DNA of 64,000 nt. Origin: the human T2T-CHM13v2.0 reference genome, Homo sapiens. Under the pieces are notes generated by a model. The model did not search any database. It saw only the letters and a list, made by a program, of their open reading frames with translations, and was not told the origin of the DNA. The translations under genes and the position numbers were made by a program. Each line of letters begins with the position of its first letter. Within the stretch, counting starts at the first letter, position 1. Of the stretch, positions 26,660-39,542 are shown one piece after another. The stretch is from NCBI RefSeq assembly GCF_009914755.1, contig NC_060934.1. The stretch is one strand, 5' to 3'.

Positions 26660-27404
26660 AAATACACTTTATCTTTTAGGCAGTTTTAGGTTTACAGAAA
26701 AATTGAGGGAAAGGTACTGAGAGTCCTTTTATATGCCTTCCGTTCCCCCACATGCACAGCCTCCTCCACTAACAACACTCCTGCCCAGAGGGAGCATTAG
26801 TAACAATTGAAGAACCTACATTGACATATTGTCACCCAGAGTCCACAGTTTACATGAGGGCTCACTCTTGGTGCTGGTTCTATGGGTGTAACAAATGTAT
26901 CATGACATGTATCCACCATCATAGCGTCATACAGAGCAGTTGCACTAAAATCCTAAAAATCCTCCATGTTCCACCTGATCATCTCTCCCTCTTCCCAACA
27001 CCTGGGAACCACTAATATTTTCACTCCATAGTTTGGCCTTCTTCAGAATGTCCTTTAGTTGGAAGCTTACAGTATTTAGTCTTTTCCGGTGGGTATCTTT
27101 CGTGTAGTCGTATGTGTTTAAAGTTCCTTCATTTCTTTTCATGACTTGATAGCTCATTTCTTTTCGGTGTTAAAGAATATTCCATTGTCTGGATATATCA
27201 CATTATTTATCCACTCACCTACTGAAGAATATTTTGGTTTCTTGGTTGCCTCCAAGTTTGAGCAATTATGAATAAAGCTGCTATAAAATTAGCAATTATG
27301 AATAAAGCTTCTGTAAACGTCCATGTGCAGGTTTTTCTGTGAACACAAGTTTTCAACTCCTTTGGATAAATGCAATTGCTGGATCACATGTTAAGAGTAT
27401 ATCT
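26660..27404 (-). mobile_element. L1MC-type 3' end
   Basis: gcagttttaggtttacagaaaaattgag...gaagaacctacattgaca...cccagagtccacagtttacatgaggg. Confidence 0.85.
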
Positions 27405-28229
<825 letters not shown>

Positions 28230-28599
28230 TCAAGTGCTTTCAACAGCGTCCCATTGCTGTTATTAAGAGAAAAAAGCATCTACCATAATCTCCCAGCCCC
28301 TTCCTGCCTGCCTTCGTTCTTGTCTTGTCTTGCGCCGCTTTCTCTCTTGCTTACTTCCTTGCACGTGCCTGTTTCCTGCTGCAGGAGGCGTTCTGCATGC
28401 ACCCCCGTCTCTGTTTAGACTGTGGTGTCCCTACACTCTGCCCCGCTCAACAATCAACCTCTGCTTCTCTCCAGATTGCAAGGGGATCATCCCTTCCAGA
28501 ATGCATCTGTTTTCTACCTCTCATCCCAAGATACACCAAATTCTTTTACAGCATAAACTTACAGAATCCCACTTCCCTTTCTTTGGTGCACTTTCCTCA

Positions 28600-28756
28600 A
28601 TTCTTAATCAGAAACCCATCAGAGTGGTTGTTATATTAGTGTCCACGCTCCCTATCAGGCTGCAAGTTCGGGAGAGCAGGGGCCACGTTGGTGAACCATG
28701 GTATTTTCAGTGCCTATACATGTGCTTAGAAAATATTTGCCGAATAAGTAAATGGT
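28600..28756 (+). mobile_element. L2 3' end fragment
   Basis: gagagcaggggccacgt...cagtgcct...aaatatttgccgaataagtaaatg. Confidence 0.55.
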
Positions 28757-29246
28757 TCTGCAGTTCCAACCAAAGCTAGAAGCTTGACTTTGGAAGAATG
28801 GAAGTAGATAACATCTCCAAAGCAGACCCCATAGTGTGAGAAAAGAAGGGAAGAATGGAGGGGGAGCTGAAGGATGGATATTGGCACAGGAATAGGTGAG
28901 AGTTCCAGAAATGCTGGGTTTTCACGTGTTTTTATTTACTTCATATCTGTGTTTCCATCCCAGTGTAGTGTGACTCATATCCCTCTCCATTACCACATTT
29001 GTTTACTGACAAGGACAGAGGCAGTACGTTGGACACACTGTTAACCAGCATACTTTCTTGGATGTGAAAGAAAATGTAGAGAAAACAAACTAGAAATGGT
29101 ATCTCAGAAGAAAAAAAAATTCCAAAATATGAGAATAAATGTGGGAAAAAATCAATGTTTAAACACAACTTTCCAACATATTTAGGTATCTCTGTGACCT
29201 AAACTTTCATCAGGACTCCCCACACTTCTTTCTTTTTACATTGCTC

Positions 29247-29247
29247 T

Positions 29248-29301
<54 letters not shown>
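29247..29301. repeat. (TG)n microsatellite
   Basis: Read directly. Confidence 0.97.
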
Positions 29302-29303
<2 letters not shown>

Positions 29304-29354
29304 ATGAATTCAACAGAAATCTACAAAAAAACGCTATTGCTAGAATAATGCTGC

Positions 29355-29875
29355 CACAGGGGAGAAAAATGTAATTTTTTCTTCCACCCATCTTAGCTTC
29401 ATTGGCTGGGGTTCCTATAACAAAAGGCAGATGAACCCAATAAAAGCAAACAGAGGTTAATTAGCATGTATATCTCATATATATGTGGGAGATAAACAGG
29501 GAATGAGGGAATCTCAAAGAGACAGCTCAGAACTTTCATTGATATAACATCTTCGACAAGGATCATAAATGTTTTGAGAAGTGCCAAGACAAAGTAAAAG
29601 GACTTTAGGTCACTGGGGGCAGCAAATTGTGGGAAAACCAATAAATGAGAGTTTTTATGTAAATTCCTCTGGTGCTGTCTCCTGAATGATAAGGGTCTGA
29701 AGTTGTCTGCGGAGATTGACCTGCATCCTTCCTGGCAGAGAGGGGAGAAAGGGCACTTTTGCCTTTGTATAATATGATTATGTTGTGTATTTTTCAGAAA
29801 ATAGAGGGAAGGCCAGAGCACTTCTTAATTGCCTTCAGCAAAAATATTTTAGCATGGCGTGTTTTATTCTCTGCA
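29355..29875 (-). mobile_element. ERV1 MER4-group LTR (MER34-like)
   Basis: cttcttaattgccttcagc at the right end and ggggagaaaaatgtaatttt...ctataacaaaaggcagat at the left end; subfamily uncertain. Confidence 0.6.
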
Positions 29876-30548
29876 CTATTCCTGCTGCAGATATCTCTAA
29901 AGGCATCAGATGCATCCACAGCACTACTTGTGGGGAAATATTGAGCAGAACTGGAATCAAATATATAATTCAGCCCCATGGAGTCTCTGAGCCACAGGAC
30001 AGTGAGAACTGCCTGGGAGTCAAGGCAGATGCTGAGCAGTTGACATTCTAAGAGGCTCCTTCCAGTAGATCGGTGGATAAACTCAGGTTCTTTTCACAAA
30101 TGTGTCTGTGTTTCTCCAGTGGAAAAAAAAAATGACCCTGTAGCTAAAATGTAGACTTCATAGTGCAAGAAAAACAACATGTGGAGCCTTAGCCAGAAAC
30201 AACACAGACCCAGGCAGCCTGGTGGTGTCCGGCGGGGACAGCCCACGAGATCCATCAGCACGTGGCCCTGCTAGCCACCACCAGCAACATATGTTTACAT
30301 GCTAATGAATGTCAGGCTCATTTAGAACAAATTTGCATCCACCAAAGTCAAACAGTGAGCAGAGCAGCACATTTTCCTGTGTGTCAGTGGCCCCTGAGAT
30401 ACCGGGGAGGACTTGAATTGCCTGACCCCTTCAACTTCCAAGCATCCCAGAGGGAAAAGGCAGACCCCAGGAAAGGACTGTGCTGGAAACCATTTGTTCT
30501 TAATGGATGTCTGGAGTAGTCTTGCGATTGAACCAAATACTCCCCTCT

Positions 30549-30677
30549 GAGGGTGGGGGAGACCTAGGGTAGGTGAAGGTGAACAATGCTGCCTTCTAAG
30601 ACCTTCCTTCTAAGGGAGGGTGGGGGAGACCTAGGGTAGGTGGAGGTGAGCCATACCAGCAGGATCTTCCTTCTAAG
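30549..30677. repeat. Imperfect 67-bp-period duplication, G-rich
   Basis: gagggtgggggagacctagggtaggtg at 30549 and 30616; cttccttctaag repeated. Confidence 0.85.
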
Positions 30678-31494
30678 AGAAGATGAAGTGTGCTTTGCTA
30701 GACTCTGCGCTTGAGTTTCAGCTTGGTCAACCCAGATGGGAGCGAGTCACTTCTATCCGATGATTCTGGGTGTCCTCATCTGTCACGGAAGGTTTGGTTA
30801 GATGAGCTTAAAGTCACTCCAGTTGCAAAGCTGTGTGACTTGTAGATACATGCCAGTGTGAATGATTCACTTCACTTTAACAAGTTATACAGAAAGCCAG
30901 GCTTCTCCTTATATCAGCCAGAGGGCCCCAGAAGACATTGTCACAGACAAAGAGGTGATTAAAAGGAGTCACTGACGGGATTCTTTGGAGGTGGGTGGGC
31001 AGGGCCCAAGGGAAGTGAGAATAGCACTGCCCACACCATGGGCGAGGGATGCCTAGGGAGGGGCTGCTGACATGGACAGGCATGAGTAGGAGAGGAGTGA
31101 GGACAGCTCCTCTCCCTCCTTCACATTCTACCTGCTGCCAGCAATGGACCCAACCGGCAGCCCTAGGCCAGGGACCAGGCCAGGGTCCCAGAGTCAGAGC
31201 CAGGGAGAAGCCAGAAATAAGGAGAAGCCACTCGTCTCCATCAACACTGAGGCTGCAGTAAGAATTTTGACGGAAATATTTAAAAACTCATTCAACAACT
31301 TCCTACCTCCCCAGCCAGCCTCTGCATGTGATTCCACCTTTTCCAACTCCTGAGCTGTGATCAGGGGTGTCACAGGGGTGGGGCTACCTGCTCTTCCCAG
31401 GGCCTGGGACCCTCCAACCTTCAGAGGTCTGGGGTCCCCTCACCCCTCTCTGGCAGCAATTGTCTTCTCTGCTGTCAAATTATTATCACTTCCA

Positions 31495-31557
31495 TCCTTC
31501 CACAACACATGGGAATTTAAGGTGGGATTTGGGTGGGGACACAACCAAACCATATCA
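31495..31557 (-). mobile_element. Short THE1 LTR 5'-terminal fragment
   Basis: gggatttgggtggggacacaaccaaaccatatca is the reversed THE1 start. Confidence 0.75.
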
Positions 31558-31629
31558 AAGGGGGGGCCCGGGGCTCCCTCACGGGGCTCTGGCATGAGCT
31601 TGGGTGACACAGGCTATGAGACCCCCATC

Positions 31630-31965
31630 TGCTTCAGGTTGAATTGCATCCCCCAAGATTCCCAGATTGTAGTCCTAACCCAGGACCTCAGAATGTGTCA
31701 GTATGTGGAAATAGGGCTTTTAAAGAAATGATTAAGGTAACATGAAGTCATTAGGACTGATGTCCTTGTAAGAAGAAATCAGGACACAGACACCCATAGA
31801 GGGACAACCCTGTGAGGACACAAGAGAAGAAGCCATCTGAAAGCCAAGGAGAGAGGCCTTAGGAGGAGTCAGCCTTGAATACACCTTGGCCTTGGACCTC
31901 CAGACCCCAGGACTATGAGAAATACATCTGTTTTTTCACAAAACTGCCTGTGGCAGCCCAAGCAC
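31630..31965 (+). mobile_element. MLT1B-like MaLR LTR
   Basis: ttgaattgcatccccc...acctcagaatgtg...tggaaataggg...gccaaggagagaggcc...accttggccttggacctccag. Confidence 0.85.
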
Positions 31966-32248
31966 AGCCATGCGCCATCTTTGGTTCTCAGAAATTCCAC
32001 TTGTTTTTATGCTCCTGGATTTTAGGAGGCCCCTGGATGACCAGTATGTGGCCAAAGTTAGAGGAGTCGCTGCTGGTGAAGAGAGCCCCACACATCTCTG
32101 AGCAGACACTGAGGGGGCACGAGAGGAAGGACTGTGAAGCCCCGAGGGACCCACCACTGTATTTTCATCTCACGAACAGTAGTTAGTTCGCTTTCAGCCT
32201 GTCCTCCATGTTATTGTGTGGCATTTCATCAGGGGGATTATATACCTA

Positions 32249-32680
<432 letters not shown>

Positions 32681-33680
32681 TTATATTGATACATAATAAT
32701 TGTACATGTTTACGGGGTACATGTCATATTTTGATACACGCCTACAATGCATAATAATCAAAAAGGGTAATCAGAATATCCATCATCTTAAATATTTATC
32801 ATTTCTTTGTGTTGGGAACATTTTAAATCTTTTCTTCTATCTATCTTGAAACATACAATAAATTATTTTTAACTATCATCACCCTACTGTGCTTTCAAAC
32901 ACTGGAAATTATTCCTTCTATCTAACTGTATTTTCATACCAATTATATTCGGGCTGTTGTTGTGTTGCTATAAAGAAATACCTGAGACTGAGTAATTTAT
33001 AAAGAAAAGAGGTTTAATGGGCTCATGGTTCTGCAGGTTTTCCAGAAAGCACAATGCTGGCATCTGCTCAGCTTCTGGGGAGACGTCAGGAAACTTACAA
33101 TCATGGTGGAAGGTGAAGGGGGCGCAGGCACATCACATGGCAAAAACAGGAGAAAGAGAGAGAGAGAAGGTGCTACCCACTTTTAAATGACCAGATCTCA
33201 AAAGAACTCACTATTGCGAGAACAGCTCCAAGGGGAGTGTGCCAAAGCATTCACGAGAATCCGCCCCAATGATCCCATCACCTCTCACCAGGCCCCACCT
33301 TCAACACTGGTGATTACAATTCACCATGAGATTTGGGCAGGAACACACATCCAAATATATTGCCAGTAAACCAAGCTGTCTTTATCCCCTCTGATAACCA
33401 TCATTCTACTCTCTACCTCCATGTGATCAACTCCTATCTCTTCAACACATCAGTGTGAAGAAGCCAAATTTGTCTTTCTGTTCCTGGCTTATCTTACTGA
33501 ACATAATTCCCTCCAGTTCCATCCATGTCACTGCAAATGGCAGGATTTCATTCTTTTTATGGCTGCATAATATTTTACTGGGTTTATATACCACACTTTT
33601 ATCTATTTTTTTTATCTAAGTGCTCATTGATGGACACTTGGGTTGATTCCGTAACTTTACTGTTCTGAACAATGCCACAC
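32681..33680 (-). mobile_element. L1MA 3' end (interrupted by MSTB)
   Basis: ttgatacataataattgtacatgtttacggggtacatg...atttatcatttctttgtgttgggaaca; resumes at 33363 with ataaccatcattctactctctacctccatg. Confidence 0.85.
32944..33362 (-). mobile_element. MSTB-like MaLR solo LTR
   Basis: gttgctataaagaaatacctgagactgagtaatttataaagaaaagaggtttaa...ggcatctgctcagcttctgggg; TSD ccaat/ccagt. Confidence 0.88.
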
Positions 33681-34970
33681 CCCATGTTTACTGGGTTGGT
33701 TTATTTAGTACACATCTTTCCCACTAGAATCCAAGCCCCATAAAAGCAGTGGCCATGTCTAAAGGTTCACCAATATGCACAGGCCTCTAATTCAGTGCCT
33801 ACCACATGGTAGATGTAATAATTATCTGTCAATCTTTTTATTGAATAAAATAAAGCTTTTTTTTAAGTGACTGGTTTCATATTCTGAATATCTAAGTTAA
33901 GCCTATTGACTTGTTAATGCTTCACCTAAATAGAGAGAGAAAACACTTAGTGGGCAGCAGACTTCCTAAGATATCCTTTGATTTCGCTACACACATTAGC
34001 ACTTGCCAGACACTCTTCAAATTCCCTGAAGATGAGCCCAGGTTTGGGCTTCTGTCTCAATTGCTGAAAATGTCTGCCTCCTCCTTCCTTCACTGAATGG
34101 TTCAGAGCTCAGACTTCATTTTCATACCCACAATTAGTAAGATTCATATTCTAGAAGAAAGCTAAATTGTTCATTTGTGTTAACTCAGCACTTGGGACCG
34201 AAAACCTCACTGACAGAAAGTAAAGCTACATTTTGTCTTTTCAAAATGAGCCCACAGCTGCTGCCTATAGAATTATCTTGAACCTTTGGGACCCAAGCCT
34301 CAGCATCTTATTTAAAAACACAGAACTTTGAGAAAAGTCATCTTTCCCAACCAGACATATAAAAATGTGGTGGCATTTTAAAATTGAAATCTTGGTGAAA
34401 AAAATAGAGAAAAACTATGTATATATTTGAGTTTTCATTTAGTTCTAGAACTCAGGTCTATTTTCATGAAATACAGTATAGCTCACTGAGTCAAACTGAA
34501 ACACATACAGGACAGGGGCTTTCTGTTTCCACCCACAATTGCTTCCATGATCTGATGATTTGGTTACTCATGAACTTCATGAACTGTTTGTTTGCTTTTG
34601 CTAATATCCATTTTGAAGCCTTTGAAGGGCTACCAATGCCAAAGTTCAATAAAGTAAAAATTCACAACATTATTTGTATTTTCTTTCCAAATTATACAAT
34701 TCCAAAGCAAATTTTACTAAAAACCTCTAATATTCACCCATATTGGATTCTTTGAAGGTGGATTTTCCACCTTTAATTCTCCTTTCAAGCTGTGAAACTC
34801 AACACGGCCTCGCCTAGGATTCCTAACTTGTCTAGCCAGTAGGCAGAGAGCTTTTCTCTGATGAAAATAAATTCCTTTTTCATGCTAGTAAGCAACTGAG
34901 TTTGCTGCTTTCTCTGAAGTAACAAGAATAGAACTCCAGTCTCTAAAATTAAGAATTTGGGGCTGTATTG

Positions 34971-34991
34971 AAAAAAAAAAAGAAAGAAGGA

Positions 34992-35051
<60 letters not shown>

Positions 35052-35370
35052 GAAGAAAGAAAGAAAGAAAGAAAGAAAAGAAAGAAAGGAAGGAAGGAAG
35101 GAAGGAAGGAAGGAAGGAAGGAAGGAAGGAAGGGAAAGAAAGGAAGAAAGAAAAAGAAAGAAAGAAAGAAATTAAAGAAAGAAAGGAAGGAAGGAAGGAA
35201 GGAAGGAAGGAAGGAAGGAAGGAAGGAAGGAAAGAAAGAAAGAAAGGAAAGAAAGGAAGAAAGAAAAGAAAAGAAAGAGAAAGAAAAGAAAGAAAGGAAG
35301 GAAGGAAGAAGCAAGAAAGCAAGGAGGAAGGAGGGAGGGAGGGAGAGAGGGAGGGAAACAAAGAAAGAAA
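34971..35370. repeat. Compound (GAAA)n/(GGAA)n polypurine tract, about 400 bp
   Basis: Read directly; (GGAA)11 at 35088-35131 and (GGAA)12 at 35185-35232. Confidence 0.97.
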
Positions 35371-35819
35371 ACTCTCAAAAGTCCTGAAGCACAGCTGCTG
35401 AGTTTATAGCAAACGCAGTTGCACATGCTCAATCTCTGCAATGAGAATGTCGCTCTCCTGCTGGAATCTATAAATGATTGTTTGTCCTGTATATTTTTAA
35501 TAGCAAGTTATAAAGCTATTTGTGCAGCACCAGGGCCAGAACTTTCTCCTCTGAGGCAGGCACAGCTCATCAACCTGGGACTCGGCCCCACGGGGAGCGA
35601 TGCCAGGCGGTCCTGTCTAATGGGGTAGGGAGGACAGAGGCAAAAGCAGGTCCGAGCTGGCAGCCCGTCTGGGAATGAGTTGACTGTTACGGCCAGGTGC
35701 GCATCCAGATGTATCCCATAGGCATGGGTTAAAATGGGCTGGGACTCTCAAATCAAATCAAGGAAGGAGGCAGACGGGCAATTTCCCACTGATACCAGGA
35801 CACGGAGGAATTGGAATTC

Positions 35820-36350
35820 CATCACAACACACGCGTGCGCTCACACACACCTTGTGAGATTGCCCATAACGACGCCCTGGAAGGGCATTGCCTGACCGTG
35901 ACTGCAGCCCAGCCAGTGAGGCTGACATGTGCAGCAATCACTGCCAGGCAGCCGGTGAGTCATTTTGCATCCACTGGCGTGATGAATCTTTTACATAATG
36001 TGAATCACTGTCTAATTGTGACTCTGATTGCACCTACTGCCGTCAGCACGCTCAAAGCTCCCCGAGTCGCTCGAGAAGCAAAGGAGTGAGAAGAAAATGA
36101 CACATAAACAAGCTTTTGTTCATCATGAGAGTAAAAGAAAATTGCCCCACGTGCGATCAAAGTGGCCACGTAGACAAAGGAGGAGAAAGCCCCGGTGGCT
36201 CGGCACGTGTGGATGCCCAGACGGGGGCAAAGCCACCCGGAAGCCACCTCATCCATCCGTGCACCTGGAGCCTTTCCAGGCACTCCCACCTGCTACAGGA
36301 TGCAGTGTCAGGAGAAGACCCAGCGACCAGCACTCGGCAGAGCGAGGGTT
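35820..36350. promoter_or_regulatory. Candidate enhancer (AP-1 and E-box motifs, raised CpG content)
   Basis: TGAGTCA at 35956-35962, TGAATCA at 36001, CACGTG near 36148 and 36204, GCGTG near 35833. Confidence 0.3.
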
Positions 36351-38036
36351 CAAGTCACTTCCTGTCCTTGCAGACCTGAGCAGATTCCCTCATTTCACTT
36401 TTTGTCAAGATCCAATGAGACTGTGTAAGGTGTCGAGAAAGAAACACAAGTGGAGATGCTCAGCAAACATATGATCCTTTTTCTCTAAAAATTAGACACA
36501 AATACGCCAGCAGGAAGACCAAGTGGCTCCTCATTTCACCTTTCCATTGATGGAACCCCCATATGCTTGGCCCTCCTCCTCCCCGGCTTCCTGTATGATT
36601 TACTCATCACTTCAGCATTTTCACCTCCACCAAGGTCAGCCATGCCAGGGGCAGGGGACGTGGTGCCTCTGGGCTCTGATCTGAGGCAGGACAGGGTTGT
36701 GAGCCACAGAACCTCACCCTGACGTGGGTCCATGGCAGCAGCAGCAGCTCTGGGACTGTAGCATTTCTCCAGCTCCCTCATTACCTTCAGGAGACCCCTA
36801 AAAGGACAGCAGGCATCCTGAGAGGAGAATCGATTCAGCTGATTACCTGCCTGTCCCTCTTATCGCCTGGGCTGTCTGGCCGGAGGCTGAGTCCTGGGCT
36901 AGGAGGAAGGTTAGCAGTCCCCACAGTGGTTCAGTTGGTGTCCTGCTCTTCAGGCAGGCTCTGTCGTGAGTGATGGGAACCACTGTCTGGCTGGACAGGG
37001 GCGCCACGTTTGCCCGTGTGATTGACGTGGAGATGTGCCTCCCATGCGCCCTTCAGAAAGGACTGTGCCCAGCTGCAGAGTGAGGTTGGCGGGAGCCTCC
37101 AGCGATGAGCTCCCACAGGATGGGGGTGTCTGGGGAGCCCACACAAGGTTATGAGCATCCCAGTCACACGGAGGAAGCTCTGGCGCACAGCATCCCCCAA
37201 GCCTCCCCAGGGATGAGCTAAGCCTTGGTGAGGCCTCGTCACCCTTCCTCTCTGCCCTCCTCTTCCCACCGGCCTCCCATGGGTGTTGGTCCCAAACTCA
37301 GCATCTGCTTCAGAAGAACCCCACCTGCGACAGCCAGTCACCAATGTGACTTTGCAGTTCTGACTCCTTCCACATAGAAGGCTGCTGGGGACGTAGATCA
37401 ATTAGACTGTCTGCCTAATAATCACGAGCCAAAAGCAGGCTGATGAAAATGTGACTCTAAGTTTGCCTCTAATAGAGAAAATGTGCCACTATCCTGACAG
37501 CTGATATTATACTTGACACGACTCAAGGTCTGCGGTCTGTCAGAATGAGCAGCAGAGGCTGGAAAATACAGAAGCTTTCATTATGACTGAGCCACTGCTG
37601 GGTTTGGAGGAAGCATTTAGAACCATCCTCTGATCATGGATATAGACAGAGTCTAATAATCCAAGCTTAAAAAGAAAACAAGATGTGAACATAATACCTG
37701 AAATTTTCTAGTAAAGGAGTCGGTCTCATCTGCAGGTCACGCGTGTGCGCAGGTGTGAACCCTCACTGGAAACCCACACCGGGCTCGCCAAGAGCTTCAG
37801 AAGGGGACACCACACGTGTGGACAGCTTCCCCTGCTCCTGCCCACACTGGGGTAACTTGGAACCGATATTTAACCCTAACCCTAACCCTGATTTAAACAG
37901 CAAGGATGCCTTGCTGTTAGAATTTTTTATTAGTAATATTTACAACATTGATATATTTATCTTTACTGAGACATGCATTTTTCCATACATTGTAAGTACT
38001 TTGAAAAAGATTCTTTTAAAAATTTACTCTAGCTAT

Positions 38037-38193
38037 AAACATATGTGTGCATGTCTCTTTATAGCAGCATGATTTATAATCCTTTGGGTATATACCCAGT
38101 AATGGGATGGCTGGATCAAATGGTATTTCTAGTTCTAGATACTTGAGGAATCACCACAAAAGTATAATAAAAATAAAGAAATAAATAAATAGC
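38037..38193. mobile_element. Tiny 5'-inverted L1PA insertion
   Basis: About 120 bp antisense L1 ORF2, then aaagtataataaaaataaag (L1 3' terminus and tail); TSD aatttactctagctat / aatttagtctagctat. Confidence 0.85.
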
Positions 38194-38574
38194 AATTTAG
38201 TCTAGCTATGTCTTTAGGCTTAATTATTAGGGAAACAGAGCTGAAATATGATGACTTACTCTCACCTAAATGAAACTAGCCAAGTTCTTTCTCTTTCTTA
38301 TCTCTAGCTAAGAAGCATTTGAGAACTCTGTTGGGTTTAATTCCTTAATACTAGAGAATGGAGTCAGTAGAAGATTTACATTTTTAAGTCGGCCAGCATG
38401 CAGAGAGATTTTTTAAAATCTAAAATCCTCAGTGAAAAGAGCTATCTTCATCCTGTCCCAGAAAGAAGATTTTTGGATTTTGCTGTTTCCCCTTTCAGGT
38501 TCTCATGAGCGTTGTATTTTGCACAGAAAGTAAGAGAAAGGTGGGAGGATACAGCAGCCTGAGCCAGTCTTCAA

Positions 38575-38858
38575 GGCATCCTGGCAGAGAGAGGGGGTCC
38601 TCAACACATCCCCACAGGGAGGGGGGGTCCTCGATGCATCCCACAGGGAAGGGGGTCCTTGACACATCCCCATAGGGAGAGGGGCTCCTTGACGCATCCC
38701 AGCAGGAAGAGGGGGTCTTCGATTCATCCTGGCAGGGAGAGGGGGTACTCGACGCATCCCGGAAGGGAGAGGGGGTCTTCAATGCACCCCGGCAGGGAGA
38801 GGGGGTCCTTGAGGCATCCCCACAAGAAGAGGGGGTCTTTGACACATCCCAGCAGGGA
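38575..38858. repeat. 30-bp G-rich minisatellite (GCATCCCRGCAGGGAGAGGGGGTCCTYGAY), about 9.5 copies
   Basis: Units align at a period of about 30 bp. Confidence 0.93.
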
Positions 38859-39542
38859 AAGCCAGGTGATGGCCCTCAGTCCTCATCAGCACCCATCCCC
38901 GCCTCTTCGCCTGGTCACAGGCTGCTGTGCTTAATTTCCATGCTCTCCCCAGTCTTTCTCTACAAGCAGAACAAAACCAGATACAAATTAATAACTCACA
39001 GCCAAAGATGTATTCAAGCCACTTCACATTTCCCTTTTCTGTCATTGCCATGGCCAACTATGGCAGGTACGCTGCGGTGTTGTTGGTGGCAATTCATAGT
39101 TGTGATGGAATTCCTCCCAGTAACTAATGTTTTCTATGTGCTCACCATGCAGCTGTCCCCATGCAAGCTGTAAATACTCAGTGTCCTTCTGCCTTATCTG
39201 TTATTTTGATTAGCAATGGAATAGGTGAGGTGTGAAGAAGGTAAGCAGCTTCACCAAGGCCATGCCTCTAGCAAGTAGTAAAATCATCACTCAAACTTAA
39301 GCCTGGCTTGAGTCAAGACTCAGTAATGATGCCTCAGCTCCTCTTAGGATCACTGATGTCGATGCTAGGTCCTGGTATAAATATCTACTTAACTCTCTCG
39401 GAGTGAATCTGGTAGAGGTTTATAGATCTTGAGATCAAGAATACATCATCTGTTTATATTTTCATAGAAACACACTAAAAGTGGACTTGTGTACTGGAAT
39501 CTGTATCCTATTAGGAGGCCACATATCAACTACATTACCATG

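Noticed and set aside
34885-35441. Lys/Glu/Arg-rich and Phe/Leu/Ser-rich ORFs
   Set aside because: Translations of the GAAA/GGAA microsatellite
38575-38858. 30-bp periodic array as a possible CRISPR array
   Set aside because: Units are contiguous with no unique spacers, there are no cas genes, and the context is primate; it is a minisatellite
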